This document shows, in pieces, positions 37,398 through 50,269 of a DNA stretch of 64,000 bases (positions within the stretch are counted from its first letter, which is position 1; each line of letters starts with the position of its first letter). A model generated the notes under the pieces. It made no database searches and had not been told where the DNA came from. It worked only from the letters and a program-made list of their open reading frames with translations. Position numbers and translations under genes: made by a program. The stretch comes from Gekko japonicus (lineage: Eukaryota): assembly GCF_001447785.1 (NCBI RefSeq), contig NW_015169174.1, positions 2,224,643 through 2,288,642 on the forward strand. Reading direction: 5' to 3'.

Positions 37398-38726
37398 CTT
37401 GTGACAGGAGCTGGACCTCATTAAGTAGGTCATCTAGATAAGGGTGGATGTGGATGCCTTGCTCTATTTAACTACACCACTGGACTGATCAGTAATTTGG
37501 ACAAAACCCTCAGGACTGAAGATAGACTGAAGGATAGGACTCTGAATTGCAGGTGTTTCTCCCTGACACAGAAGCATAGAAATTAACAGTAACCTTGAAA
37601 GATTGGTACATAGAGAAGATAAGCCTCCGTCAAGTCTACTGAGGTTAGATACTCTTCTGGCTGAAAGGACTTGGTGGTTGATCGTAGTGTCTCCATTCTG
37701 AAATGCCTCAGTTTCACAAACCTGCTGAGGTATTTCAGATTGAGGATTGCTCTCCAGTCCCCATTCTTTTTTGGGACCATAAAGAAGATAGAATATACCC
37801 CATGACCCCTTTCTGAGTGAGAAACATATTCAATGGCTTGCATGTTTAGAAGATGTTTGATTACTTTGATGGTTCTGAATTGTTTGTGTAGGTTCTTGTG
37901 AACAGGGGAGGTTATAAATCACTCTGGTGGGTAACTGTCATATTCTATTTTGCATCTGTTGGTGACTATTTCCACTGCCAAACTGTCAGCATGGGAATTG
38001 ATCCAGATGTCCCTGAAGTGAATCAGATGTCCTCCCACTGGAGCAGCTGGCAAGTCACACCTTAGAGATTTTTCTATCTCTATTAGTTCTATCTGATCTG
38101 GTGTGGGGTTGTTTATTAAATCTGGGGTTGAAGTTTCCTCTTCTGAATGACTGTCTTGACTGGTTCCAGTTGGGTCTTCTGGTTTCTTGTTTAAATCTAG
38201 GTAGAGTATGTTGGTCATGAAAGGAAAAAAAATCCAGTCTTGTTTCGTTGTATTTCAAGGTTCTGGAGAGGGCCTTTTTCTTATCTCTAGTCTCCACCAG
38301 AATCCTGCTGAGTGCGTCACCAAAGAGTCTGTCCCTTTGGAATGCGTAAGACGGGACTATGGCCTTTGAATGGTAATCTGTCTGCTATGTGCACAATCAT
38401 AATGTTCTTCTGGCTACTGCCGCTGAAGCCATGGCTCTTGATGAAAAAATTAAGGAGTCCAGGGTTGCATCTGCTGTGAATGAACTGGCCTTGAGTCGTC
38501 TGTTGGCACCTTCATTCAGTCGATGATTATTGTCTGGAATCAATTGAAGTACTTTTCTAGTCCAGATGAAGGCAGCCTTGGACACTATAGCAGTGGATGC
38601 TCTGATAACCATGGCTGTGACCTCGTGCACTTTCCTTAGTACAAAGTTAGCTCTTTGATCCGGGCTCTTTCTTTTTTATTTTTATTCAAGGTATAAGCTT
38701 TCAGGTGCACGCACACTTCTTCAGAG

Positions 38727-39130
38727 AATTTTTTTTTTTAATAATCTTTTTATTGGTTTTGTCAAAAGTTTCACATAAAAACACAACATATAACTTTCAC
38801 ATTTCTGCACATAGCACTTAAAATTATTATTTACATCTTAAAGAACTGCCGACACCGTACAGCACTAATGGGTTACCGAGAGTTTGAGAAATCTTTTCCT
38901 ATGCTACTAGCTTTCACCTATAAATATAACCATTTATGATAGATCTGCTTGGCTGGGAGGATATCATTCGTTACCAAATAGTCTAGCACAGGGGCCCAAA
39001 CTCTAACAAATTTGTTGTATGTTGGTGTGTTACTGTCCTCAGCTCTTTTCAGGGAATCCGTAATTTTTGCCATGACAAACTGATCCCAAACTTTCTCTTG
39101 CCATGCTGCAATGGTGGTTTCTTTCTGATG
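38727..39130 (-). mobile_element. L1 3' end fragment
   Basis: Poly-T and TTTATT on the + strand; peptide AWQEKVWDQFVMAKITD...FVRVWAPVLDYL on the minus strand. Confidence 0.65.
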
Positions 39131-41337
39131 TGGCCCTCACCGTATTCTGACAATAGTCCTGAGGACTGCAACGTAGTGAGTGGGGCATCAATCAGGGGTA
39201 CTTGTAAAAAACCCTTTGCATAAGATGGTAAGGCATACAGGTTTTTAATGAACTTGGGAACTGCCTGTTAGCCATAGGTTTTGCTCATTCTGCTATCAAT
39301 GGTTTCTCAAAGAACTCTCTTTAGAAAGTGGTATTAGTAGTTCTTAGATTTAAAAAACCTGACAGACTGCTCAGGAACCTCAATTCTTCCTCCTCCCCCC
39401 CCCCCTTCGTCCCTGTCATTGATGTCATACTCTCAGGAGGACTAGCTCTTTCTTTTTTCTGTTAGCTGGCACTTTCTGAGCTGCCTTAGTTGGCCATTTA
39501 GACCCCTCCTTGATCAATGAGGCTTCTCTAGAGCTCTCATCCCTCAGGGGAGAGGGAGAAGATGGGCAACTGGACAGGGGTCTATCAGATCTAAGATTTC
39601 CCTGATGATAGGAACTCTCTATTTCCTCCCTCATGGTCTGCCTTAATAAGGAGAAAAACTGGAGGAAAATTAAAGGGCCTGGAGGCTATTAAGTTACCAA
39701 GCCGTCAATCTTCAGAAGTATTAGTCAGCTCTATGGAGATTTGAATCAGGTGTTGCTGATCATTCTCACAGTTTCCTGCACACAATACACTTGTGGAGGC
39801 TATAGGCTGCTGTTCACTAATACTTGTTGCATAGTCATAATCAGCAAATTTGAGCAGGTGGAAGCCTCCAGAGCTGTCTTTTGACAGCGGTGGGTTTTTG
39901 CACAGTTTTGTGGCTCCTGTACAAACATTTTGATGATTGCTGCCGAGGCAGCCCTGTTAGGGTCAGTGCCCACCTGATCTGAGGTCCCTCTGGCTCCTGC
40001 CATGATAGGGGCCTCCAATTCTGTGTTGGAGAGGAAGCCATTGCTGTCCTCCTGACAATCCATGGTGTGAGCGGCCAAACAGACACGCTATGGAGGCTGA
40101 CTGGTTTTTTAATGACTTTTTAATAATTTTACAAACATAAAATAATATATATTACAGTACTACAATTGATATATATGTGTGTGTGTGTACACACACACAC
40201 ACACTGGACTACAACAATTATATATATAATGTAGACAATCATCTTACATAAGCATAAACATGAACATGGGCAATCATCTATAATCATCTACTTCATCTAC
40301 CTTATCTAATTCTTACACACACTTCAATGCTACAATTATTTATTTATTACAATTGTCAATCATGGCTTACTTGCTTGCATATCATTTTTTATATACTAGG
40401 AATAAGGCCTGTTGTGGAAATAAATACATTGAACTCTAGAAAGGGGCTCTGGGCGGGTGCACTGGCTTTGCACACTCAGCGTCAATTTGCTGTGGCAAAC
40501 CCAGCACGGTATAATAACACAGAGTCCATTGTTTTCTCCAGGGGAACTGATCTCTGCCATCTGAAGAGCAGTTATAATTCTGAGTGATCTCCAGTCCTCA
40601 CCTGGAGAGTGGCAACAGTGGTCCCCCAGGAGGAAATGGCTGGTTTGGAAGGTGGAGTCTATGGCCTTGTACCTGTCGGAGGTCCCACCCCTGAAACCTC
40701 ACCCTCTCCAGGCTCCACTCCTCAATTCTCCAGGAATTTCCCAGGAAGAACCTGGGTCTGGCAGACCCTGCTCTGAAGCGCTGTCACGTCACACTGGTTG
40801 TCATAGGGGGGCCACCTCAGCAGGTTATAATGACACAGAGTCCACCATTTTCTCCAGAGGAATGGAGCTCTGCCATCTGGAGAACAGCTGTAATTCTGAG
40901 TCATCTCCAGCCCTAACCTGGAGATTGGGAACAATGGTTTCCCAGGAGGAAAAGTACAGTCTTTCTCTGCAGTGGGGACCAAAGCAGCTTACACCATTCT
41001 CCTCTCCCCCTTTTGATCTGCACAATGACCCTGTGAGGTAGTTTAGCTGAAAGTCTGTGACTGATCCGAAATCACCCACTCAGCTTCCACAGCAAGAACC
41101 TGGGTCCGGCAGCCCCTACTCTGAAGCGCTAACTGCTACACCACACTGGCTGTCCTCGAGGGGCTGCTGCTGGTGAACAGGAGCAAGCAGCCTGGACTGG
41201 TTAAGTCATGCCAGTCAGGTGGCATCAAGTCACCCAGAGGGCGCTGTCAGGCCTAGGGTAGCCAACCTCCAGGTGGAGCCTGAAGATCGGCTGGTATCAC
41301 AACTGAACTTCAGACAACAGATTTCTCCCCCTGGAGA

Positions 41338-42585
41338 AAATGGCCATTGGCACTTACCATGAAGGGTCCTTCTCCTCTGAGGTCAGGAGGACATCTCCAT
41401 GGGTTATTCCCATTGTGCTGTTAGGGAGGCAGGAAATACTTTTTTCCACTGCCTACTGGCGCCTTCAGAATGGCCCATCCCTTTAGTTCTGGGACTCCGA
41501 AAGCAGTGAGTCTCAAGTAAGAAATTAATAGCCTTGCGCTGAATAACAACAACAGTTAACTATAACTTGAATGTGAGCTGCAACCTGAAGAATAAACAGA
41601 AATCAATGTTAGACCAGAAAAAAAGAGTACAGAACAAGAGAGAATGCAATGATGAAGGCAGGAGGGCTGAGATGTCCTCCTGACCTCAGAGGAGAAGGAC
41701 CCTTCATGGAAAGTGCCAATTGCCATTCTCCCTCTGAGGTGGAGGACATCTCCATGGGACCTCCTAGAGCAGTGTCCCTCATTCAGGTGGGTCTTCATCA
41801 TCTGCTGACGTCATGATGTGCTGAAGAACTCTTCTTCCAAAGGCTGCATCTGCCAAGGCCATGGTGTTTAGCTTGTAGTGGCGTACAAAGGTCAATATGG
41901 AGAACCATGTTGCTGCTTTACAAACCTCCTCCACAGAAGCTCAGTTGTTGAATGCTGCGTTGGTAGATGTGCTTCGCAGAGAATGTGCCGTAATGCTCCC
42001 GGGAACCTCCAATCCAGTGGCCTTATAGGCTTCCACAATACAAGACTTTAGGACCGTGCTAATGGACGCCTAGGAGCTGCGGTGGCTCAAGTGGTTAAGA
42101 TGCTGAACTGCAGGCTGTGAAAGGTCAGTAGTTCAGCAGTTCGAGACCCGGGTGCCGCATGACGGAGTGAGCTCCCGTCTCTAGTTCCAGCTCCTGCCAA
42201 CCTAGCAGTTCGAAAGCAAGAAATTGCAAGTAGATAAATAGGTACCACTTCAGTGGGAAGGTAACAGAGTTCCGTGCGCCTTGGTGTTTAGTCATGCCAG
42301 CCACATTACCACGGAAACGTCTTCGGACAGCGCTGGCTCTTCAGCTTTGAAACGGAGATGAGCACTGCAACCCTAGAGTTGGATTCGACTGGCTTTCGAG
42401 CAAGGGAACCTTTACCTTTACCTTAATGGATGCCTTGGACATCTTATCACCTTTCCATGGAGGAGAGATGTTTACAAACATGGATTCTGTCTTTCTGATA
42501 GATTCTGTCCGTGCAATATAAATCTTAAGGGCCCGTCTGACGTCAAGGGTGTGCCACACGAACTCTTTAGGATTTTTCATTGGGG
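41338..42585 (-). mobile_element. Second DIRS element (DIRS-B): recombinase C-terminus, ICR and right terminal repeat
   Basis: HTLDVRRALKIY...ITAHSLRS...VCKAATW...TFVRHY; 41339-41397 is the reverse complement of 41669-41727 with 2 mismatches. Confidence 0.85.
42072..42423 (+). mobile_element. Sauria SINE inserted in the DIRS-B recombinase
   Basis: TSD TAATGGA(C/T)GCCT; (ACCTTT)n tail. Confidence 0.92.
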
Positions 42586-43009
42586 CCAGTCAGGACTTGT
42601 CCCAATGAGTTCCCCACAAAGGCCAAAGTAGGCCTGGAAAGGGCCTCCTGTCCCTGCTTTTTTACTGACAGAACCAAGCCTGGTTGCCTAGCAACACCAC
42701 TGAGGGGAAAGTGAGCCCCACAGCAGGAGGAGAAGAGAATGGTTTGACAGTCGATGGCTCACCTCAGTAGCCAGACAGCCGTGGAGGAGCGAAACAGCAG
42801 CAGTAGAAGTGACTTCATCAGGAGAGACAGCTGTTTTGGCAGTTTATTCAGACAATGAAGAGTGGCCAAGCTGGCAGTGGGCGGGGGAGAGGAGTGGCCC
42901 CAGCACCCAGCCAATGGCAAGCGAGTACTCTTGAGTGGCGATTTATGGGTCAATGGCTGATGGAGTGCACAGCACTGACATTGGGAGAGCCACAAAGTGC
43001 CAATACACT

Positions 43010-43640
43010 AGTGTGTGTGTGTAATGCTCTAATTTTTTGCTTCTATTTAATTTTATTCTGTATTTTCTTCATTGCTTGATATCTAATATTTCATTATTAT
43101 AAGCATATATTGTCTGACTCTATCTCTTAATCATTAACAATTTAGTCCTAATTTTCAGCTATATAATTTAAAAATACAGTCCATTTTTTTTGAAATTATG
43201 AAATCAGTCCATTATGTAAGTAAGGTGTTAGTTTCGCCATTGCTGCATACTCAGTTAATTTATTCTTCCATTCCATGGGTTCTGGACATTTTTCTGCCTT
43301 CCCATTTAGTTGCAAATGTCACCCTAGTCTCTGTTGCCATGTATTTATATAGTTCACTGTGTATTCTTGTAATGTTAATTGGTAAAATGTTTAGTAACAT
43401 GTTTTTCGGGTTTCCATAGCAAACTTAAATTTTAATATATTTTGTATTTCTTCATTGATATGTATCTAATATTGTCTTGCTTTCTTACATGTCCACCACA
43501 TACAATGAAATGTTGCATCTGTACTCTGACATTTCCAACACTTCCCATTATGACCCTTACTTGTTTTTGCGATTTCTTTGGGCATAATCTACCATCTGAA
43601 AAACACAAGCTGACTGTTTTTAAATGGCCACCGCACCAAC
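43010..43640 (-). mobile_element. L1 ORF2 3' fragment
   Basis: GKCWKCQSTDATFHCMWWTC on the minus strand. Confidence 0.75.
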
Positions 43641-43734
43641 ATGGAGTGCTAGCTTTGCTCTCTTCTTTTCCTGAGCTGGAGGAGAGGGGAAAGGGGAACC
43701 AAGAACAGAAAATCAAGAATAGGGTAAAATAAAA

Positions 43735-44288
43735 TTTAAGGAAGAACCTGAAATATTACTTTTGGGACTTAAAATGGAAGAAGTCAATATTGCGAAACGG
43801 ACTTTGATGTGGTATATCATTACAACTGCTAGAATGACATATGCTCAATGCTGGAAGCAGGAAAAAACTCCCGAAATCGGGGAGTGGATAAAAAAATTAC
43901 TTTTTATGGCTGAAATGGACAAAATGACAAGAAAGCTTAAAAATCTGGAAGCAGAAGATTTTTTTGCAGATTGGAAGGACTTTAAAGAATATCTAGAGAA
44001 ATATTGCGATGTGAAGAAAAACTTACTTTGCTTTGAAAATTATTGAAAAGAGATTGACTTTAAAAGAAGTGTAAATGTATAAGAATATTAGTTAAAGGAC
44101 ATGTTACCTATAGATTCTGATTAACGAGTAAAGGAGAAAAGAGGGGAATATAAGATATGGGCTGGAGGTTGGAGCACTGTGGGAAGTCAGAAGGGGTGGG
44201 GAAATAGGAGAAAAGGATATATATGATATTTAATTATGTGATATATGTTTGACATTATTATATCCTAATAAAATTGTTTTTAAAAAAG
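43735..44288 (+). mobile_element. 5'-truncated L1 3' end
   Basis: TTARMTYAQCWKQEKTP...MAEMDKMT; 19-bp TSD AGAATAGGGTAAAATAAAA (43716-43734, 44289-44307). Confidence 0.85.
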
Positions 44289-44639
44289 AGAATAGGGTAA
44301 AATAAAAGAATAGAGATAAAGATCTAAATCGGAAATAGTAAGATAAGTAAAAGGATTGAAATGGAAGTAGGGCAGCCTTATGACTAGCTGCTCCCCCTGG
44401 TGAGGCAGGAAAAGAACTGAAGGGTGGGTGACTCCCACAGCAGAAACAGGAAGGGAAAAAAGTTGTTCCGGCATCCCTGAGTGAATAGTGAGAATCACCC
44501 ACCACCAAGATGTCCTCTGCCTCAGAGGAGAACTTCTTTTCTTTTCTATTACTGTTCATTTGACCCAGTGGTCTCAGACAGTCAGAGTTTATGTTTAAGC
44601 AACTATTAGATAGTTACGCACAAAATGAGATCTCCCCCA

Positions 44640-46100
44640 CAAAATATGATAGGGATTATGTAGTTGTTTTATAATGTTTCCATATTTCTACAATGGCAGC
44701 CAAAAATCTAGTGACCCTGTATGTAAGCCATCCATCTACATTGCTCAGTAGCCTAGGAGTCTCAGCAGTTGGAGAAGCAAAGTAGGGAGGAAATCAGCTC
44801 CACTCTAAGTTTTAAAAATTCAAGGAAGCTTAAAAGTATGTGGTCAATAGAGTCAATGCAATTAAGGTTGCAATTGCATGTTCTCTCTGGATATGAAGTA
44901 CCAAAGTATCTAGCTGTCAAGACTTAAGATAGTAGAGCATTAAGGTGCACCAACATAAAGGCGCATCTATATTTATTTATGTTTGTTTATTAAATTTATA
45001 TCCCACTCTCCCCAAACAGACTCAGGGCGGCTAACAGAAGAGGCATATGCCATCATTCAACAACTATTTAGGATATGTTAGATCACAAAAATCCATTGGG
45101 AAGCTAACTGGTAGGGGAATGCTGACCGCGAAGGTTCAGCAAACTCTTCTTGACCTTATTGCTGTACTTTTATAATCCAGATGATTCAAATGAATTTCAA
45201 TCAGATGTTTTAGTTCATTGACATTCACCTTCCCCATCAATTCTATGAAAATCCCTAGGCACATTAGCTTATTCACCAATTTATCCCATTTGCTCTTATG
45301 ACTAATTTAATAAGACCAAGCAAACTTAGCTCTGGATGTGACTGCAGATTCTTTAACCTTAATTTAAATGCCTTCCTCCATGCCTTAGCTTCATAAGAGA
45401 CTTCACCCACTTCAGTTCTTAGAACAATGCCAGCCACTGATTTGGGGGCCCCAATATACCAAGAAGAAATTTAATTAGCAATCGATCAATATCCTTAGTA
45501 ACAACCTTTATCTATACACCAGCTGCATATAACAAGTGGCCAGCTACCTTAGAGTTAAATATTCTGAGCACTGAAGGTACATGTTGTCCTCCTGAAGTAT
45601 AAAAGAATCTAGTGATTACTTTCCCAATGCTGTTGGCAGCTCTTATTACCGATGTCACGTGATTTTTCCATGAAAGATCAGCACTGAAAAATAACCCCAA
45701 GTATTTAAATGGAGTAACCTGTTGCATAGGAAGACCAGCCATGGTCCATTTATAATTGCTTACTTTGTTTTCTACTAAAAATAACAACCTGGGGCTTTGC
45801 TACATTAATTACTAAACCTTCCCTACAGCAGTATTTACAAAACAGATAAGTTTAAACAGACTCACTATGGATCTAGACAGCAAGACAGTGTCATCCACCT
45901 ACAGGGGAGCTGGCAATTTCACCAATGTGAGATAAGGTGAGTGGCAATCCTCTTGTAACAAAAAAGAATTAAGATAATTAATACATAAATTAAATAACAG
46001 AGGGGTCAACATGCATCCTTGCTTAACAGCTTTATCTAGCAAAACAAGATTGGTCAGTACTCCTGAAGGGCTGCACCTAACTTGGGTCATTAGGTGGGTT
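44640..46100 (-). mobile_element. Old RTE-X-like LINE RT/3' remnant
   Basis: VKQGCMLTPLLFNL, degenerate *VDD, FKYLG...LSWKNHV. Confidence 0.65.
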
Positions 46101-46179
46101 AAAGTGGAAACTATGACTTCTCAATTGCAGAAAAAAATCTGAAGACACCCAGTTTTCTTTCTGAATACATTCTTTATTT

Positions 46180-48820
46180 GGCTAGAGAGACGGTGGCTAG
46201 AGAGCACGGCTAGAGATGGCTAGAGAGATGGTGGTGCCATGCTCGAGACAAAGCTACAAGAGCAGCTTATAGGACGTTTATGAGATCCTATGAGATGGCA
46301 GTCAAAGCCGCAGAGAGAGAGTACTACGTGGCAACAATTGCGTCTGCGGGCTCACACCTAGCCCAATTATTTAGAACAATTCGGTCCATAACTATTCTGC
46401 CACGGGGCAGACCAAATGCTAGGGAACTGGATATAGGCTGCGAGGCATTTGCGAGCTATTTCACGGATAAGGTCTTGTTGCTCCGCTGTGACCTCCCCGC
46501 CACAGTTGATACAGTGAGTGAGCTCAAGGCTCCATGCACATCTTCGATTCTAGTTCTGGATCACTTCAACCCACTCAGCCTAGAGGAAGTTGACAAACTG
46601 CTCCTGGCTGTTTGTCCTACCACATGCTGCCTTGATCTGTGCCCGTGGCTAATTAAAGCTGGCCGTGATGGGTTTCGAGGCACCTTGAGGGACATTATCA
46701 ACAAATCCCTCATTGAGGGGCAGTTCCCTGGGGTGCTTAAGGGAGCAGTGGCCTGCCCTCTGTTGAAAAAACCATCTCTGGATCCGGCTGAATTGGCCAA
46801 CTATCAGTCGGTTTCCAATTTGCCTTATTTGGGCAAATTAATAGAGAGGGTGGTAGGGAGCCAGCTACAGAGCTTTTTGGATGATGCTTCCATCTTAAAT
46901 CCCTTCCAGTCTGGCTTCCGCCCTGGCTTGCGGGACGGAGACGGCACTGGTCGCCCACACAGACAACCTCTGTAGGCATCTGGATCAAGGTGGATCGGTG
47001 GTGCTGATGTTGTTGGACCTGTCAGCGGCGTTCAACATGGTCGACCATCAGTTACTAGCTGCCCCGCCGACAGAGGAATCCAGGGGCTTGCCTTACAATG
47101 GCTTGTCTCTCCACAGTCGGGGACAAAGGGTGGCACTTGGGGATCAGATGTCCCAAAGGCACCCGCTTATCTGCGGAGTGCCCCAAGGGGCAGTGCTCTC
47201 CCCAATGTTATTCAACATCTACATGCGTCCCCATGCCCAGATTGCCCGGAGATATGGGCTCGGGTGTCACCAATATGCGGATGACACCCAGCTGTATCTG
47301 CTGTTGGGCAGCCAGTCCAACTCTACCTCGGAAGATCTGGACCAGGCATTGCAGGACGTGCCTGGCTGGCTTAGACTGAGTCGATTGAAACTGAATCCGA
47401 CGAAGACGGAGGTCCTGTGCCTGAGTCGGAGTGGACTGGGGGTAGGGATCCCATTGCCGGCCTTTGATGGGGCACCGTTGGTGCCAGCGCTGAGGGTCTG
47501 GAGTCTGGGAGTGCTCCTAGATGCCACCTTAACGATGGAGACCCAGGTAGCAGCCACTGTCAAGGCAGCCTTTTACCATCTTCAGCTGAGTAGGCAGCTG
47601 GTTCCCTTCCTCCAATGCAATGACCTGGCAACAGTGATCCACGCAATGATCACCTCGAGATTAGACTACTGCAATGCTCTCTACATGGGGCTGCCCTTGT
47701 GTCAGGGTTCGATAGTCAAGTCACACCACACAGCACTTCATAAGAAGAATTCTGTTTATTGGTACACCAGGACTATGACACGTGTACTGCTTGTGTCAGG
47801 AATGCTCAGGAACAGTATGGCACCCTGAATTATACTAGGATCACCCCCCCCCTACAAACTGAAGCCAATAAGCAAAGCTCTCGCACGTGGAGAAAGAAAG
47901 TGGGCAAAAAGCAAAAGCCGTTGGTTCCCAGCAAAAGCCGACAGAACCTGGAACATCCCCAGGTCAAGAAAGTAGATAATACCCAGACTGTGAAATGCTG
48001 TGCGTAGCAGGCAGAGCAAGGTGGTTTCCCCCTCCACACATTCCAGCAACATGGCAGTGTTAACTGACACCTTGTCGCAACTCCGGAAGCTGCAGCTGGT
48101 GCAAAATGTGGCGGCCAGGCTGCTGATGGGCATCCCTATGCGGGAGCACATCCAGCCTGTGCTAAAGGCATTGCACTGACTGCCTATTGCATACCGGATT
48201 CGCTTCAAGGTGCTGGTGTTGACCTTTAAAGGCCTATATGGCCTGGGGCCTGCCTACCTGAAGGACTGCCTTTCCCCACATGTCCCCCAGAGAGCACTGA
48301 GGTCAGGGTCGCAAAATTGTTTGGCCCAACAAAAAAAAAAAAAAAAATGTTTGCCCCTCCCTGGACCGAAAGATGCCAGACTGGCCTCTACCAGGGCGAG
48401 GGCCTTCTCAGAGGCAGCTCCACTCTGGTGGAATGAGCTCCCGGAGGACATCAGGGCCCTGTGGGACCTTTTACAGTTCCGCAGGGCCTGTAAAACGGAG
48501 CTCTTCCACCAGGCCTTTGACTAGGAGCCAGCACTAATAACATCAATTACATCAGCAACATCAACCAACATTAAGTGAACTGGATAATACGAACTAACTT
48601 TGCCGGATACTGACGGGGGGCATTTTTTGGGAACATCGATCATGGCCACTGGGTTGTTATTGTCACCAGTACTTTATTTTTATTTCTATTTTATTCTAAG
48701 CTATGCTTGTTATGTTTGTGCTTTAATGTGTTTTAACCCTTATTGTAAGCCGCCCTGAGCCTGCCTGTGGCAGAGAGGGCGGAATAGAAATTGAATGAAT
48801 AAATAAATAAATAAATAAGC
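46180..48820 (+). mobile_element. L2 LINE, 5'-truncated, with RT remnant
   Basis: LLKKPSLDP, FQSGFRPG, LLDLSAAF, GVPQGAVLSP, YADDTQLY, SRLDYCN, ELFHQAFD and a (TAAA)n tail. Confidence 0.93.
47700..48069 (-). mobile_element. Solo LTR (370 bp) inserted in L2
   Basis: TGTCAG...CTGACA termini; 5-bp TSD CCTTG; AATAAA on the minus strand. Removing it restores YMGLPL|SQLRKLQLVQN. Confidence 0.88.
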
Positions 48821-50217
48821 AAGCTGCTCTGAGACTCCTTCAGGTAGTGAAGGGCGGGGTATAAATCCAATCTCTTCTTCTTCCTGTGACAGCCATTTTA
48901 TGGTTGCACACACCATTCTAAGTCAAACTTCCAAATGCGTCTACAGGCTCAAAAACATTGGGAGAGGTGTAGATTGTTTGGCTATGTAACAAAGGAAATG
49001 GCACTTGATGTTTCAGTTTAAAAGCATATTGTTTATGACTCAGTTCAGACACCATACAAACCACAGATTGTGGTAACCTAAATCCTGGTTTCAGCTTCCA
49101 AAGGTATAACATGAAACATTTGTAGAAGCTTCTTGTCTGCTTTCACCTTCTATCCTCTCAGCATGTTGATCAATCAAACTCACTCCCATCTCCACTGTGT
49201 GGCAGCCTTTGGAGATGGAGCAACTGTAGTTATCTGTAGTCTGTCAACTCAGACATTGCACTAAAGCACAAAGTTACGTTGATATTCGGTGTGAGACACA
49301 AACTGATACACTAACTTCACAGCTCAGCTCAAATAATTAGATATGTAAACAAACAAAAAAAATCAGAAAGCCCTTTGTAAACGGATGTTGAAAAAAAATA
49401 ACATAACATGATCCTATATGCCCTAGGCATATAGATAGTTACAACTTCAGAACTTCCACAGGATTTTTGTATTGATTCAAAATGGAGGAGTAAATAAGCC
49501 TGAGATGAAACCATTTCCTGTATTTCAGGAACATTTTTGGTAATGTCCAAAAGTGCCTCCATTGCTTCAGTGATTTTTTTTCCACCGGTGCCTGTAAAAC
49601 TGTCCCCAAATTCGTGACATTATCCTCCCGCATTCCGGCTTTGTTTCTCATTTGTTTTTGCTTGTCCTTACTGGCATCACATAGATGGCACTGTGATATT
49701 CTGTTCACTATATGATCCCAGATTTCTGGAATCAGTTGTGACTAACCCTCTCCTCTTGCTGTTTGCTCTTCCAAAATAAAAAAGGGGAACATTCACTGCT
49801 TCAGCATTAAAATTGCCAGAATTATTTGCAGCATTAAGTGTGGGATCTTTAATATTGTTTTAATACAGAAGGTTTACACCTGATGACAATGAACACTGCT
49901 ATGGTGTTGAAATCAACATAAAACAACTTTAATTCTAAATTGTGATAAAAACATCCAACTAAATATAAGCCTGTTAGGTGAGGTTTCAGTCCTAAAATAA
50001 GCTTAACTTAATTTCAGGAACATGTGTATGATAACTAAACTTGGTTCACCTTATAGTACAGAATTAGTAATTCCTTCTTACCCTGCTGAAGAACTGGGTT
50101 TGTTGTAGGACGAGGACAAACAGTCATATGGGATGAAGACTACAGTGAGTAGCAAGAAGGGGGCAAGATTGCACACATACACACCTGTCTTCTGTAAATA
50201 CAACCCCACTGACAAAG

Positions 50218-50269
50218 NNNNNNNNNNNNNNNNNNNNNNNNNNNNNNNNNNNNNNNNNNNNNNNNNNNN
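50218..50269. other. Assembly gap (52 N)
   Basis: Run of N. Confidence 1.

Larger units (their letters stand above)
32790..44532 (-). mobile_element. DIRS1-like tyrosine-recombinase retrotransposon (DIRS-A), degenerate and heavily interrupted
   Basis: Minus-strand order: left terminus TTCTCCTCTGAGGCAGAGGACATC (44532), gag (~40090-38055), RT (VPKKNGDWRAILNL, HPYLDD ~37440), RNase H (IRTDN...AEHIKG...ADWLSR), methyltransferase, recombinase. Assigning the 44532 terminus to this copy is an inference. Confidence 0.85.

Noticed and set aside
49329-49770. Protein-looking overlapping ORFs and an acceptor at ~49770
   Set aside because: No recognisable homology, early stops after the acceptor and no convincing donor.
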